NCBI GenBank assembly: GCA_048013815.1
Contig: CM106586.1
Coordinates: forward strand, 8,494,001 to 8,558,000
Length of the DNA stretch: 64,000 nt
Direction: 5' to 3'
From: Setoptus koraiensis
Taxonomy: Eukaryota > Animalia > Arthropoda
Part shown: positions 11,297-23,067 of the stretch, piece after piece
Layout of the letters: each line of letters starts with the position of its first letter
Position numbering within the stretch: the first letter of the stretch is position 1
Notes under the pieces: generated by a model
Seen by the model: only the letters and a program-made list of their open reading frames with translations
What the model was told of the DNA's origin: nothing
Database searches by the model: none
Program-made: the position numbers and the translations under genes

Positions 11297-14200
11297 AGAT
11301 ATAATGCCATGTCCAATATAGTGTGACATCCAATGGACATTGTGCGTTGTTTGTTCGCTTATTGGCGGCCATAAATCAGTGAGCTGGCGACGACGAGCGC
11401 GGCCAAAAACAAACACAGCGCAACCTGTGAAAATTCCCACAGTTGACCGCAAAAATGAGCAACGGGCCGAGAGAGCCGAGAAAGCCAAAAAAGTGATCAT
11501 TACATCATAACGATGGCGAGCTTGCCATCGAAATAAAATTGACAGTTTTCGCTCTCTCTCTCTCTCTGCTCACAATCGCTAGCTCTCGGCTCAACTGTCC
11601 CCACAAGTCGCTGTCAGACTAGACCGGCTCAGCTGACCAGCAACTGCGCTGTATCATACACTGGGTTGTATGTGTATGTGTGTGCGTTCGGTTTTGACAG
11701 ACTGACCGCCATTTTATTTATAACTCATTACTTGTTACTTATGACTCGTTCTCAAGCCATCATTTCAACAATGAGCCGCTTGTAGTTGTTTGAGGTTTGC
11801 TTGAGCTTCGAGCTGCAAATACGCCAACTGGTGCAATACTGGCAAAATGGCTGGCTCATCTTGCGGCCTCGCCACTATAGATATTGCATCTATGTGAGCT
11901 CGCATACAATATGCGGCATATTACATAATGTGTGTGTGTGTGTGGGTACAATTATGCAATATGCGACAGCAATAAGTGGATAAATCAAACAATGCGCCGT
12001 CTTGCCATTTGCAAGTGGTCGATGAAGTGGATCCGATTGCCGGCAGACTGGCGATGTGAGTCGCAATTTGTCAGACCAACTATCGCTAGACGAAACTCAT
12101 TGCCTGTCGCCGCTTGAAAAGGCTGCTGCTGCTCGGAAAACCAGGCTTCGTGCTTGTATCTGGCCGCATCACACAATGGCCACAATCATGAGTTGTCTTG
12201 ACGAGCCTCGGGGTAGACGTGCGATGCGGTGATCGCCGCGAGAGAAATGGGGCCTCGATACAAACCAACGGTTTCGTTTGATGGAATCGGAAATTTTTTT
12301 CTCTCCACTGGAGAGTCTCCAGAGTCTGGAGAGAAAAAACAAGCGAGTTTCGCCCGCACAAAACCAAGACTGAGAATTACTGAGCACTCAAGATGCATTT
12401 ACTTGCCAACAAGAGAAGGATAAATGCTTGTGAGAGCGATCGCGGCCATTGAAAACGGCCGACTTGCGAGCAGTCTGCCGCTGCACAATGCACACGATTG
12501 TGCCACGGCGGCGCCAGATAATATCAACTGGCGCCCACATAATGTGCATAACAGTGATTCGCCATTGGCGACTCGCAAACGGCGCTAGGCGCCCCGTTTC
12601 AAACGAATAAATTTATCCATTTGAATTTATCCGCGTGAATTTGTCCGCGTGCAGAGGCGCCATTTGAGACGGTGCTGATTGTTTGTGTCGATAATCTAGT
12701 CTGGCGCGCAGCACACGCACAGAGAGGGGCGCTTTTCGCGCTGGGGCGCCCAGTGTGAAACAGTGCCCACGGCCCAAACGATGCCCGACAACGGACACCA
12801 GTGGTCAGTTTGGCACTGCATCAAAGTGATGCTGGCAACGGCAAACTGACCACTGCAGCTGCTTTGGCCAGTTTGTTGGGCGCCTTTCACATGGCGCCTC
12901 TCACGCCAATGTTTGGTTGGTGCAGTCGGCGTTGCAAGTTTGAATTGTGGCCCCAACTCGAGCTGCACAAATGACTCGTCGACTTGGCGAAAATTCCCAC
13001 TCAATCGGCCGAGCTGGTCAATGCTGCTGCTGCTGCTGCTGCAATGTCACTGCTGGATATGATAGCTGGTAATAATAGCTGCAGCATGATGTAATCTCGT
13101 GATTTATTGTGTCGTGCGATGATGGCTTGGCTCTTTTTTAGTTCTGGCGCCCCCGTTTAGTGTTGGGTATACGGTAATGAAAAATGCCCTGACGAAACGT
13201 GACACGTTCTCTATATTATACGACATATTTATTTTACCATTACGGGGGCCGACTTTACATGGACAAGCAACAACAATGCACTAATAGACGCCCGCTCGAA
13301 ATAGTCTCAGAATGGCTCGCACAATGCTGAAGGTCCCACTATCATTGTGCGACTTTGCTAGTCCGACTATCGTTGGGCGACTCTGCTAGTCCGACTGTCA
13401 TAGTCCGGCTGTGAGACAGAGCTGTGGCCCCTCACCTCGCTGCAAACATACCATAAATATCCGACCATAAATAGTAAATTTTTTCTTCAATTTCATTTTG
13501 TCCGCTACGAGCGATTGTGTCATGACACAATCGCTCGTAGCGGCTGTTGTCACTGGGCCTAGTGCGAACAGTGCCCCCCCCCCCCGCCCGAATATTGTGT
13601 CGCCCTGTATATATCCGTTATATATTGCCGTGTACAGTTATGTCATGTTGCGTCATAACTGTGCACGGTCAGTCAGATGTGCACAGGTTATGATCCAGAT
13701 GGCGGCCAATTGTGGGCCAGTGCGTTTGCGTCCACCCAACAAACTCAATTACAGCACCCATAAACCGGCACAGTGGCACAAACATCGCTGATGCTCGGCA
13801 GGCAACAACCAACCGACGCTTGAAACTGGCGCGATGGCCCCCGAAGGCGCCCCAAGGTCACACAGGTGAGCAATGGCTCATCGTACATTGTTGCGTAATA
13901 CACAAATAATGCACAAATAATACACAAAGTCGCAGTTGATGACAGTGATATGATATTGACAACCACCAAATTGCGACAATTGACACTGTCGCAATGTGTG
14001 TTGGTTGCCAATTTGGAGCTCAGATTAGATGCCAGCGAGCGACGAGCACCGACGAGCCCCAAATCCAACTAACTCTGGCAACAGGCAGCTCGCGAGCGAT
14101 TTATCTGATGCAAAATTAAATGAAAATGCGCAATCATAAATCTGACAGATCATTACGCAACTCAGGTTGGCTTGTGGTTGACAAGCTGCGAACGAACTTG

Positions 14201-14688
14201 CCAGGTTGCATGTGGCTCGTGCCAGCTTAAAAAGCAGCCCGCAAAACACGGAGACACAGCCAGGTGAGCTCCGGGCTGTGGCACGTGAATACGGCTGCAC
14301 GAGCCCCAACGCCAGCTCGAAATAGGGGCCCCAACGAGGCCGCTAGATACACAACAAACTATAGGCTCGTTAGTTTGCTGTTTGTGTGCAAAGTTTGCAC
14401 AATGTACAACAATGTGCAGCTCACCTGTATACTGTTGTATAACTGTTGTATGTATACACTGCTCACCTGTGCTGGCCGGGCCAGTGTTGTCGCGACGCTG
14501 CTCACAATTGATAGCGATACATATGATGTAATAGGCAAATAATACAGAGGTAAGCAGTCAATAGAGTGCAGGCCGGCAACAGAATAATATAATACAATGT
14601 ATAATGGAGCAACGATATTGTGCACTGAACAAACTGGCCCGCCAGCAGGGGCCCAACAGAGAGCCCAATTTTAGTGGCCTCCGTTTTG

Positions 14689-14765
14689 GTGGGCTCCGTT
14701 TGGATCGCTCTCGTTTGGGTCGCTTTCGTTTGGGTCGCTTTCGTTTTGGGGGCCTCCGTTCGGTC
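14689..14765. repeat. Degenerate 15-bp tandem repeat (CGTTTGGGTCGCTTT)
   Basis: About five imperfect copies. Confidence 0.7.
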
Positions 14766-15668
14766 GCTGGCGATGGGCGCGCCGCGCAAAGTTGGCCCCG
14801 TTCGGATGTGGGCCAACTTTTGCGCCCCGCTCAAAACAGCGGCTGGGCACCTGGCGGCGGACGGAGGGCGGGCGGCAGCGATTCCGGCACCGGAATGCGC
14901 TTGAATTTGCTGAAAAATTGTGCCAATGTCGGCCCGATCCCCAGTCGCTGCCCGACGCGACCGCTCGGCGAGCCCGATGCGATCGCTAGGCGAGCCCGAT
15001 GCGATCGCTCGGCGAGCCAGATATTTATGCTGGCGACTCGCTGTCGATGATTGTCGGCACAAGCGGGGCTCGGCAAACACGCACCAGCACACAAGATGGA
15101 GATTAGCCGGCCAAAGTGGCAACCAAATCAGGCGCTGCGGCGCCAGCATATTGGCGCAAAGCGGCCCCAAAAACGTAAAACCGTTAGCAGTAACGGTTGG
15201 CATTAACGGTCGCCGTTGGGCCCCACAAAAGAAATCTCTCACTTGTGCAGACAGACTCTTTTTTAGCGGGCGCTTTTGGTCGGCGGGGCCGGCAGTAGCC
15301 CGAGGCAAACGATTTGATCGGCGAGCCAAGATCAAGCGCGCCATTTAATGGTTCATTGGCCAGCCCCATGCACACACACATTTGGCCAACTTTTCGCCTG
15401 GGTTTTGGGGCCCTGTCTCGGGCGCCCTTGGTGCGCCGCATCCTTTCGCACCAATGTGAACACCATAACACACACATATATATTACGCCAGAATATGTGA
15501 GGGGCCGTTAATGCCACTGGCTGGTCGGCGGCCGGCGGCCGGCGATTGTGCGTGCAACTTTTGAGGCGCCAGCGAGGCGCCACTCGAGTTTTGATCGGGG
15601 CCGCGCGCAAACAAATTGAATTAGATGCAGACGAGCCAATTGTTTATTCTTGGCCCCGCCGACGGACT

Positions 15669-15731
15669 GGCTGGCGGTCGGCTGGCTCGGGCTGGCGGTC
15701 GGCTGGATCGGGCTGGCGGTCGGCTGGCTCG
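15669..15731. repeat. 21-bp tandem repeat GGCTGGCGGTCGGCTGGCTCG x3
   Basis: Three copies with one substitution. Confidence 0.9.
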
Positions 15732-15932
15732 GGCGGCGGGCGCCGCCACTTCAATTGACACGATTCGCGCGATTCGCACAAAGGGCTCGATGGGGCACAA
15801 TGGACCGATTTGAAAGTCGGCGGCCCGACAGCGACAACTCACTCGGTTGTTGGCGCGCTGGCCGCGAGCTCCCAGTGCGACGCAGATCGCCGACAGGGGC
15901 CGCGCACGCCGGCACGGCCCGCGAAACTGACC

Positions 15933-16004
15933 AAACGGGCGAGGCCCGAGAAAAGGGCGAGACTTGAGAAACGGGCGAGACCCGAGGAACGGGCGAGGCC
16001 CGAG
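15933..16004. repeat. 18-bp tandem repeat AAACGGGCGAGRCCCGAG x4
   Basis: Four near-identical copies; they read KRARPE in one + frame. Confidence 0.85.
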
Positions 16005-16680
16005 AAACTGGCGCGAGGGCAGCGCAAAATCGCCGAAATGCGGCCGAGGCCGCGTTTCGCCCAACGAGACTCAAACTCAGATTATGTGGCGGATATTTAT
16101 TAGTCGAGGCGAGTGTGTGCGCTTGTTTTCCGATGACTCGTCAACCGGCGGCGTCGGCGGCGGCAACTAGATGTCGCGAGTAGTGACACGACGACGAAAC
16201 AAACAAGTCGCGACAGGCCAAAACAAGCGACTTTGTGCGCCAATTGATTGGCCTGTCCGCCGTGTGTAGTGGAGCTTGAACTTGGCCCATATTTCACTTG
16301 GTCACTTGCCAAGTGAACGGGCCCACGCGGGGCCCCACGCGGATAAGATCTGTTTGTGTTGATGCGCGCCAGCCAATTGCGCCCTGAGACGGGCCGAGCT
16401 GCTTCTGGCGGCCGCTGGTTCTCGCTGGTGTCCGCTGGTGTCTATTCATATGGAAATTGAGAGTGTGCGCGCAACGGCGGGCCCATTGTTTTTGTCCGTT
16501 GGACTGTGGCGTTTTGTCGCAACTTGTTAGTGGCGCTGTCACTGGGTCTGGCGCCCAACGCTGGCGCGCCTCGGCCCGCCTGGCCCCATTCCGATGTGAT
16601 TGCAAATCTGATTATCGCGCTGTCTGCAGGCCGCTCGCCTTGAGCTGTCCGGCGCTGCGCGGGCTCCTATAGCGGCCCTA

Positions 16681-16749
16681 TCGGCGGTATCGGCGGTATC
16701 GGCTGTGTCGGCGGTGTCAGCGGTGTCGGCTGTGTCGGCTGTGTCGGCC
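16681..16749. repeat. 9-bp tandem repeat (TCGGC(T/G)GT(G/A))
   Basis: About seven copies; they read (ADT)n on the minus strand. Confidence 0.8.
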
Positions 16750-16789
16750 CCAAATAATAGTCCGAACAACGGCGACGTAGCAGCGACTA

Positions 16790-18697
16790 CTAACATTGTT
16801 TGGCCGGGTGCTGGCTGGCGTTGCGACTCGAGTGAGCCGAGTGGGTCCTCAGCTCTGGCGTGTCGGTTGGACAGATTGGACAGCGGTTTGTTTGTACAAT
16901 AATTAGTGTGTGTGTGTCAGTTGATTTAGATGATGTTGATGTTAGACAGCTAGACAGATAGACACGAGATATAGACTCGCCAAGATATAGACAAGATATA
17001 GAGACAAGTCTTATATAAGTCAACTCACCAATGAACATGACCGAAAATGTTATTATGGCCGCCAGCATGGACGACATACAATTTTTGTCCAAATTAAAGT
17101 AGCCCGCCATGCTCATGTCCGGCGATGCAAACAACGAGGGCGTTATGGTGCGCGCCACCACGTCGTCGTTGCGTCGGCACAATTGCATTATTAATCGCTC
17201 TGTCTTTTGGAATGCCAGCTCTATTCTGACGGCCTCTAAATACACTATTGTGGAGGGATAACACAACATAATTAGCGATAACAATCTATACGTTATTGAC
17301 GACACACTGTGCTTGTCTAAATCGGAGCCAGCAAACGCAAATATGTGCACCAAACAAGACACAAACATGTGACTGAACCACAATATTATTATCCAGGCGA
17401 ATGTCTTTTGAATCATGTCGTGCACGTCATTTATAACGTTGTATTTGCGTAACATTAACGCCAACTGACCCGAACGTAATTGTTGTTTGTGTTTGTTCAA
17501 TACAAGATTCTTCAATTGACTATTAAAGGCGCTAATGCAATCACAATGAATGTGCAATATTAAACTAACCAAAGTAGAGCAAGCTATTCGCATGCCGTGA
17601 TAATTGAGGCTGTAAATGGTCAGCTCAAGTATGCAAAATATGGCCGAAGTCATGACGTAGGTGTCGCTGTAGTTGCCGCTAATAGTCGAGGTCATTCCGA
17701 TGAATGTCTGATTCTCGTAATAGGTGATATCTGTGGGCCTGTGTCTCACTGTTGTTGTCGTGGCTTTTGTCGGCGCTGTTGTTGTCGCCAGCATTTTCTC
17801 TCTCAAATACTCTGGCAACAAGCGGAATATCTTGAACGCTGTGGTCATTTTCATGTGTGCTCTATGGAAATTGTGCAACGCTACGTCCAGGTGAACAGCG
17901 ACGCTCTCGACGAGCCAGTGCGATCCATTGTTGTTGTTGTTGTCGTTGTCGTTCGAGCTGTCGGCTCGGGCTGTCCAATCGGGTGTCTTGCCGGCTGAGC
18001 CGGCGCTGCTGCCGTTGGCGCTGCTGCCGGACGCGTTGCTCGGGTAATAGTTGTTGATGGCGCTGTAAAAGAAATTGTCCACCTGTATTGGGTGCGCCTG
18101 GAATTGGGGTCCCGCTGATTGGCCGCTGACGCTGACATTTGGCGCAAAATCGCCGCCTTGGCTACTGTTCGCCAGCAAGGCCACGGGTAGCGGCGACGGT
18201 CGTATTATTATGGTGCCCAACAGTCCGAACAGTATGTACATCACGGGCAACAACAACGCCAATATAGAGCGAGATTTAACAGTTGAACGAAACTCTCTGT
18301 TGTGCGACATGTTGAACGAGGCGTGATAACGGCGCGAATATATCAACAATTTGTGTATTTGGGCGCTATTTAGATGCCATATGAGTAGCATCAGCATGGA
18401 AAATGTACGAGTTAAATGGCGCCTGAGACTCTCCAACAGCAATGTCAATGTCAGTGTCTGATGATGATGACTCCATGCGGCCGACCTGTCCAAATGGATA
18501 TATTCTATTATAAAGTGAGATATCATCATCCAAATGCTGACCATGTTGCTAGAGACAATTATGAGCTTGATGAGCAACTTGTGATAAATACTGTTGTTGT
18601 TGTTGTTGCACACGGCCAGCAGAGTTGCGTTGCTTCCTACCCCGATGACGTTGAGCGTTAGACCCAGTAATTGCAGATGCCCGATCGAGCTGGCCAT
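16790..18697 (-). CDS. Gustatory receptor (GR / 7TM chemosensory ion channel superfamily) member; probable exons 17029-18697 and 16790-16854
   Basis: Seven hydrophobic segments. The C-terminus MSMAGYFNLDKNCMSSMLAAIITFSVMFI resembles the GR TM7 signature (hhGhFxhxxxxxxxhhxxxxTYhhhhhQF). A donor G|GTGAGT at 17028 and an acceptor CCAG| at 16855 define a 174-nt intron whose removal gives ...TFSVMFIEL. Start placed at ATG 18697 (MASSIG). Confidence 0.75.
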   Translation of the reverse strand: MASSIGHLQLLGLTLNVIGVGSNATLLAVCNNNNNSIYHKLLIKLIIVSSNMVSIWMMISHFIIEYIHLDRSAAWSHHHQTLTLTLLLESLRRHLTRTFSMLMLLIWHLNSAQIHKLLIYSRRYHASFNMSHNREFRSTVKSRSILALLLPVMYILFGLLGTIIIRPSPLPVALLANSSQGGDFAPNVSVSGQSAGPQFQAHPIQVDNFFYSAINNYYPSNASGSSANGSSAGSAGKTPDWTARADSSNDNDNNNNNGSHWLVESVAVHLDVALHNFHRAHMKMTTAFKIFRLLPEYLREKMLATTTAPTKATTTTVRHRPTDITYYENQTFIGMTSTISGNYSDTYVMTSAIFCILELTIYSLNYHGMRIACSTLVSLILHIHCDCISAFNSQLKNLVLNKHKQQLRSGQLALMLRKYNVINDVHDMIQKTFAWIIILWFSHMFVSCLVHIFAFAGSDLDKHSVSSITYRLLSLIMLCYPSTIVYLEAVRIELAFQKTERLIMQLCRRNDDVVARTITPSLFASPDMSMAGYFNLDKNCMSSMLAAIITFSVMFIGELTYIRLVSISCLYLGESISRVYLSSCLTSTSSKSTDTHTLIIVQTNRCPICPTDTPELRTHSAHSSRNASQHPAKQC

Positions 18698-18725
18698 GCT
18701 GCCTATTGCATATACACGCCGGGCT

Positions 18726-18775
18726 GTGTGATATGGTGTGATATGGTGTGATATGGTGTGATATGGTGTGATATG
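18726..18775. repeat. 10-bp tandem repeat GTGTGATATG x5
   Basis: Five exact copies just upstream of the GR start codon. Confidence 0.95.
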
Positions 18776-20146
18776 TGGCCGATATATGGCTGGTGCGTTA
18801 TGTGATTGCTCGGGTTGATTGGGCCCACGCAAGCGAGTGCAATCGGCCGATTCGATTTAATTCCCACCAATCAACTTGCTGGCGCGCTGCCGGTGATGTA
18901 TTGGTTGCGTTGGTGTCGCCCAGCAGTCGCAAGTCGGTTAACTGTGTCGAGCCAACTGTGTCTGCCGAACTAACTGCGTCTCGGCGAGCTTGCAGTGCAA
19001 GCGTGACCATCGCGAGCCACTGCAACCCAGGATTAGCCTGCTAAGCTGTCCGCGGGCCCAGTTTTGTTGTCGCGTCCAAAGGCAAACAGCGACGCGCCGA
19101 AGAGATGATTGGTTGGTTATTATCGACACTGACAATGGCAGTCGTTACTTTTTTGACAGGTGCCAATTGACAACAGCGACGGCGACAACAACAGCGACAA
19201 CAACAGCGACAACAACAGCGACAACGGTAACCAACAGAATAGAAAATAGGTCATTCAACTGTGTTTAGATAGACAGAGGAATTATGATTGTTCAAGATGA
19301 TCGGTGGCTCCATTGTCAGTATCATTGTCAGTGTCAACAAATGCCAATATAGCTTCGATGCGGCTCGAGTTCTTTCAGCGATAGACCCGAGTTCTTTTAG
19401 CGATGGGCCCACGGTCGCGCTCACCATCCCCGTGCACCTTTCCCTCCTCTTGGGGGTGTGGGTCTTTGTTGCGGCCTTGGCAAACAACAGCACGCGGACC
19501 CCATTCAACGGCCAACCTGGAAGCTGTCGACAATAAAGCCCTTTGAGCCGTGTCCACAACACTGGCGACACACCAACGTCATGTGTGAAAATTCATGAAC
19601 ATCCGAGTGTGGCGACAACAAGCAAACGTTGTTGCAGTTTTTTGTCATGATAGTCACTTTAGACTCTAAAGTTTAGACTCTGAACTCTGAACTTAATAGC
19701 CAACTTGTAATGTGACGCTCAACTTGTAAATAGGCCGGATATAGCATCTTTTTTGGTAATTCTGACGCAACAATACTGTTAGCGCATGCTTACGAGAAGT
19801 TGAAGAAAAAATTTTTTTTTTTTTAAAATTGAGTTTATACTTGGCGCCAAAATGACCACGTACAGACAATTGGTAAACAATTGGCGGGACGAAACGGGCA
19901 GGCTGTTGTTTGTTCAAGCGAGCAGCATCATCGCCATTCGCAACAGCTGAAATTTCAATGCAACACGCGCGCACAAACAACCACCTCTGGCTGTATCCAT
20001 TTGGCTTCGATCAAACCCGATCAGTGTAAATGAAGGATTGACAGCATTTTTTAATCGTCAATAATTAAATCACATCGTCGCCTCAACCATAAGTAATTAT
20101 TACTATTATTTTTATCACTCCGGTGTAACTCGTAAATTTCAGCAAA

Positions 20147-21019
20147 ATGTGGATGGGAGCCGATAACGATGCCGGCTTCATGAACGATTCCATAGTCAAC
20201 GAGCCGTCAAGACTAACCAATACTGTTGTTTCCGGATCTGGTGATGTCTCAAGCAAGACCACCATGCCAGTGTCACTGTCACAAATTTCAAAATTAACCA
20301 GACCAGACGAAGGTCTCATAATTCATGGAACAAGGGCGGCCAATATCACTGTGGTGGCCAAAATTGTAGAGGTTCTAGAATCATCAGCGCACAAGCTACA
20401 ATATCTTATTGATGACCTAACCAATGGTGGTCCCATGGAGGTCCAGTTTATTCGTAGTGACGCAGGCCTGCCTAGTAACGACCCTGGTCTCGCCATGTTC
20501 GATGACAATGGTGTGAGCACAAATGCTGAGGATAATCCAACTGGACAACTTAAAGTAGATGACTATGTCAGACTGTATGGTTTGGTTAAGTTCGCCAACG
20601 ACAAACCTACAATTATGGCCTACAAGATCATACCAATTTTAGATCCTAATGATATCACCATGCACATACTGGAAGTTATAAGAGAGTCAATGTTCGCATT
20701 GAAATCTAAATCTGGTGACTATAATAACAAAGCTGGCCCCTCCAACCTGCTCAAAGGATCAAATACCAACATTATAGGCCAAGACAAGGACTTAGAGATA
20801 AATGGCTTGGCAAAATTGCCCACCAATCAAAAGCACGTGTACAATGTTGTCAAGAAACATATGGATCAGTATGGGCAGAACGCGGGAATAACTACCGATA
20901 ACATCTGCGCCCAACTAAAATACATGTCGCGCTCAGACGTCACGGAAGCTATACAACAACTCAACACGGAAGGCCACCTTTGGAACGGGTCCGAGGAAGA
21001 TACTTGGTGTCTGTCCTGA
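20147..21019 (+). CDS. RPA2: Replication protein A 32-kDa subunit
   Basis: MW start, OB fold (ITVVAKIVEV...YLIDDLT...YVRLYG...IMAYKIIPILDPNDITMHILEVI) and C-terminal winged helix (GITTDNICAQL...VTEAIQQLNTEGHLW). Intronless CDS. Confidence 0.93.
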   Translation: MWMGADNDAGFMNDSIVNEPSRLTNTVVSGSGDVSSKTTMPVSLSQISKLTRPDEGLIIHGTRAANITVVAKIVEVLESSAHKLQYLIDDLTNGGPMEVQFIRSDAGLPSNDPGLAMFDDNGVSTNAEDNPTGQLKVDDYVRLYGLVKFANDKPTIMAYKIIPILDPNDITMHILEVIRESMFALKSKSGDYNNKAGPSNLLKGSNTNIIGQDKDLEINGLAKLPTNQKHVYNVVKKHMDQYGQNAGITTDNICAQLKYMSRSDVTEAIQQLNTEGHLWNGSEEDTWCLS

Positions 21020-21264
21020 AGCTTTGTTATTACTCTTCTCGTGTTAGTGATTCTTGGAACAGAAATAAGAGACAAAAAATAGTAAAACACACTTTATTTT
21101 ATCTTACCTAAAGACAGTATCGACAACGAACTGCTAATTTTCTACTCAAGAATCTGTTTGAAGAAGCTATTCACATATAAATTCTTCGATATGTTTGTTT
21201 GTGTTAATAGTAGAATGAGAGAATTTTATAATTACATATTATATAACAAATTGGCTCTAAGTGT

Positions 21265-22002
21265 TCATCTTCGTCTAGCTTGCTTGGAGGAGCCAGACGG
21301 ACCGGTTGGACTATGTTTGGATGGACCAGAGAGCGCCTGTTGAGGCTGTTGGTTGGCCCTGGGCGCATTGCCATTGCCGCCGGGTCTGAACATGTTTGTC
21401 ATCATCTCAGATAGTTCAGGAACATTGAATTCTGGCATTTGTGCTCCCTGTTGAATAGTTTCTCTTCTCAATTGATCTTGTGCCTCTGCTGAATTCATCA
21501 TTTTAGGTAGAAGCCAAAATAGAACAAGCGGTGCTACCATTGTCAACACCATAGGGTTCATCAGTATGTCCATAAATCGCCAGGTTTCACGTGGAGTGAA
21601 ATACCTGTGCATGCTAATTGGTTTCATACTAAGAGGATAGTTGACTTGCTGCACAAACGATGGCTGAATGTAGTTGACTCGACGAGCTCTAATCTTTCCC
21701 TTGCTAGTTATATCCACGCGAACTGGATCATAAATATATTTCGGATGAACCACTTCTAACACGTAAGAGTCTGACGGTAATTTGTCAACTTCAAAGCTAC
21801 CGTCCTCTTTCGGGTAGGTGACATATTGTCCGTAATTGACAAGAATCTTTGTGTCCATGAGAGACCGTCTAAGCGTGTGTAAATCGTCATTGGACAAGGA
21901 ATAGATATTGCCTTCGATCTTGTTGTGACGGATACTGCACAGCTCCTGACTAGCACTAACCAGTTGGATAATGGATAAAAGTATTACAATTGTGAGCTTC
22001 AT
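21265..22002 (-). CDS. EMC7: ER membrane protein complex subunit 7
   Basis: Signal peptide, DGSFEVDKLPSDSYVLEV..PKYIYDPVRVDITSKGKIRARRVN, and TM segment ILMNPMVLTMVAPLVLFWLLPKMMN. Intronless. Confidence 0.95.
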   Translation of the reverse strand: MKLTIVILLSIIQLVSASQELCSIRHNKIEGNIYSLSNDDLHTLRRSLMDTKILVNYGQYVTYPKEDGSFEVDKLPSDSYVLEVVHPKYIYDPVRVDITSKGKIRARRVNYIQPSFVQQVNYPLSMKPISMHRYFTPRETWRFMDILMNPMVLTMVAPLVLFWLLPKMMNSAEAQDQLRRETIQQGAQMPEFNVPELSEMMTNMFRPGGNGNAPRANQQPQQALSGPSKHSPTGPSGSSKQARRR

Positions 22003-22479
22003 TCTGATTTTGAATTAATGGTAAATTTCTAGTCAAGCATAAATTGTTCACTGACGATGTAATAGTCAATAAGATGATTGGAAATATAGTAATGCCCCGG
22101 ACAATAGTCGAATGTTGGTTGTTTCTGAGTGGCTGAGTCCCGTTGTGAGATACAGAAGATGGGATAGTTTATACCAAATCAATACATAATTTTTCATTCC
22201 ATTGGATTTGAATATTCTGGTGAAATAAGCTGTAGACGAGGTGCTGGAATAGACGAGGAATCACGATATCGAATGGGATAATTGAATTGTGAATTGAAGT
22301 GGCACACGAATATCACAAGTTGGAACAGAATGCGAAATGTTGGAGCGGTCGCTAGAATTGTGTGTGATGCAACGCCATTCGCAGCACAGCTTTTATAACA
22401 CACAACAGATCATGTGCAAAAAACATGAGACAGTCAACGAGCTACGTACTGTCTCTAAGCCTCTCTACAATATCTCAGT

Positions 22480-22551
22480 TCCCGGATAGTATAGTGGTTA
22501 GTATCCCTCGCTGTCACCGTGGAGACCCGGGTTCAATTCCCGGTCCGGGAG
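22480..22551 (+). tRNA. trnD-GUC: tRNA-Asp (anticodon GTC)
   Basis: Acceptor stem TCCCGGA/TCCGGGA plus G discriminator, A box TAGTATAGTGG, anticodon loop CT-GTC-AC, T arm CCGGG-TTCAATT-CCCGG; 72 nt. Confidence 0.95.
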
Positions 22552-22557
22552 AAAAGC

Positions 22558-22562
22558 TTTTT
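22558..22562 (+). terminator. RNA polymerase III terminator (T5)
   Basis: TTTTT six nt after the tRNA 3' end. Confidence 0.75.
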
Positions 22563-23067
22563 GCCAATAATAATGAATATTTTCAAGTTGTCAGTCGATA
22601 GAAAGTGAAAGTACGACAAGGATATCATCACAATCGTAAGTACTTTTTATGAGACATATCCCTATCTGAACGGCAAAATTGACAAAGTACCTCTCTAGGC
22701 ACATTCAGGCTCACGTGACAACCCCTACAAGAAACTTTCACAATATATCTACACAGGCTTCCTTGGTTAGATTTGATTTATTAGAGATCGTCGACTATAT
22801 TTGTTTAAACATGTAATTTGGCTGTCACTTATCCTCACTCAGGCGTAAATCTGAAATACTGCATAGTCTTTTTGAATTATGTTCTAGTTGATAGCTTATA
22901 CATGTGATCATTGACTTAGATTATAGTAAGTGCGACTTTCGAAATCTCGATATTACATCATAAGTGATTTACAGTTCTCAATCATCTTGCTATAATTTTT
23001 TTTTCAAGTGTAATTAGTAACTTCATTTCCCTTCAAAAATAAATTTCTCTTTTTATATGATGCCCAT

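Noticed and set aside
14502-15344. 280-aa minus-strand ORF
   Set aside because: GC-rich, repeat-derived, R/A/P-biased and with no recognisable motif.
19251-19571. Short ORFs on both strands between the GR and RPA2, including an MGSACCC-starting peptide
   Set aside because: No recognisable homology and no consistent splice model.
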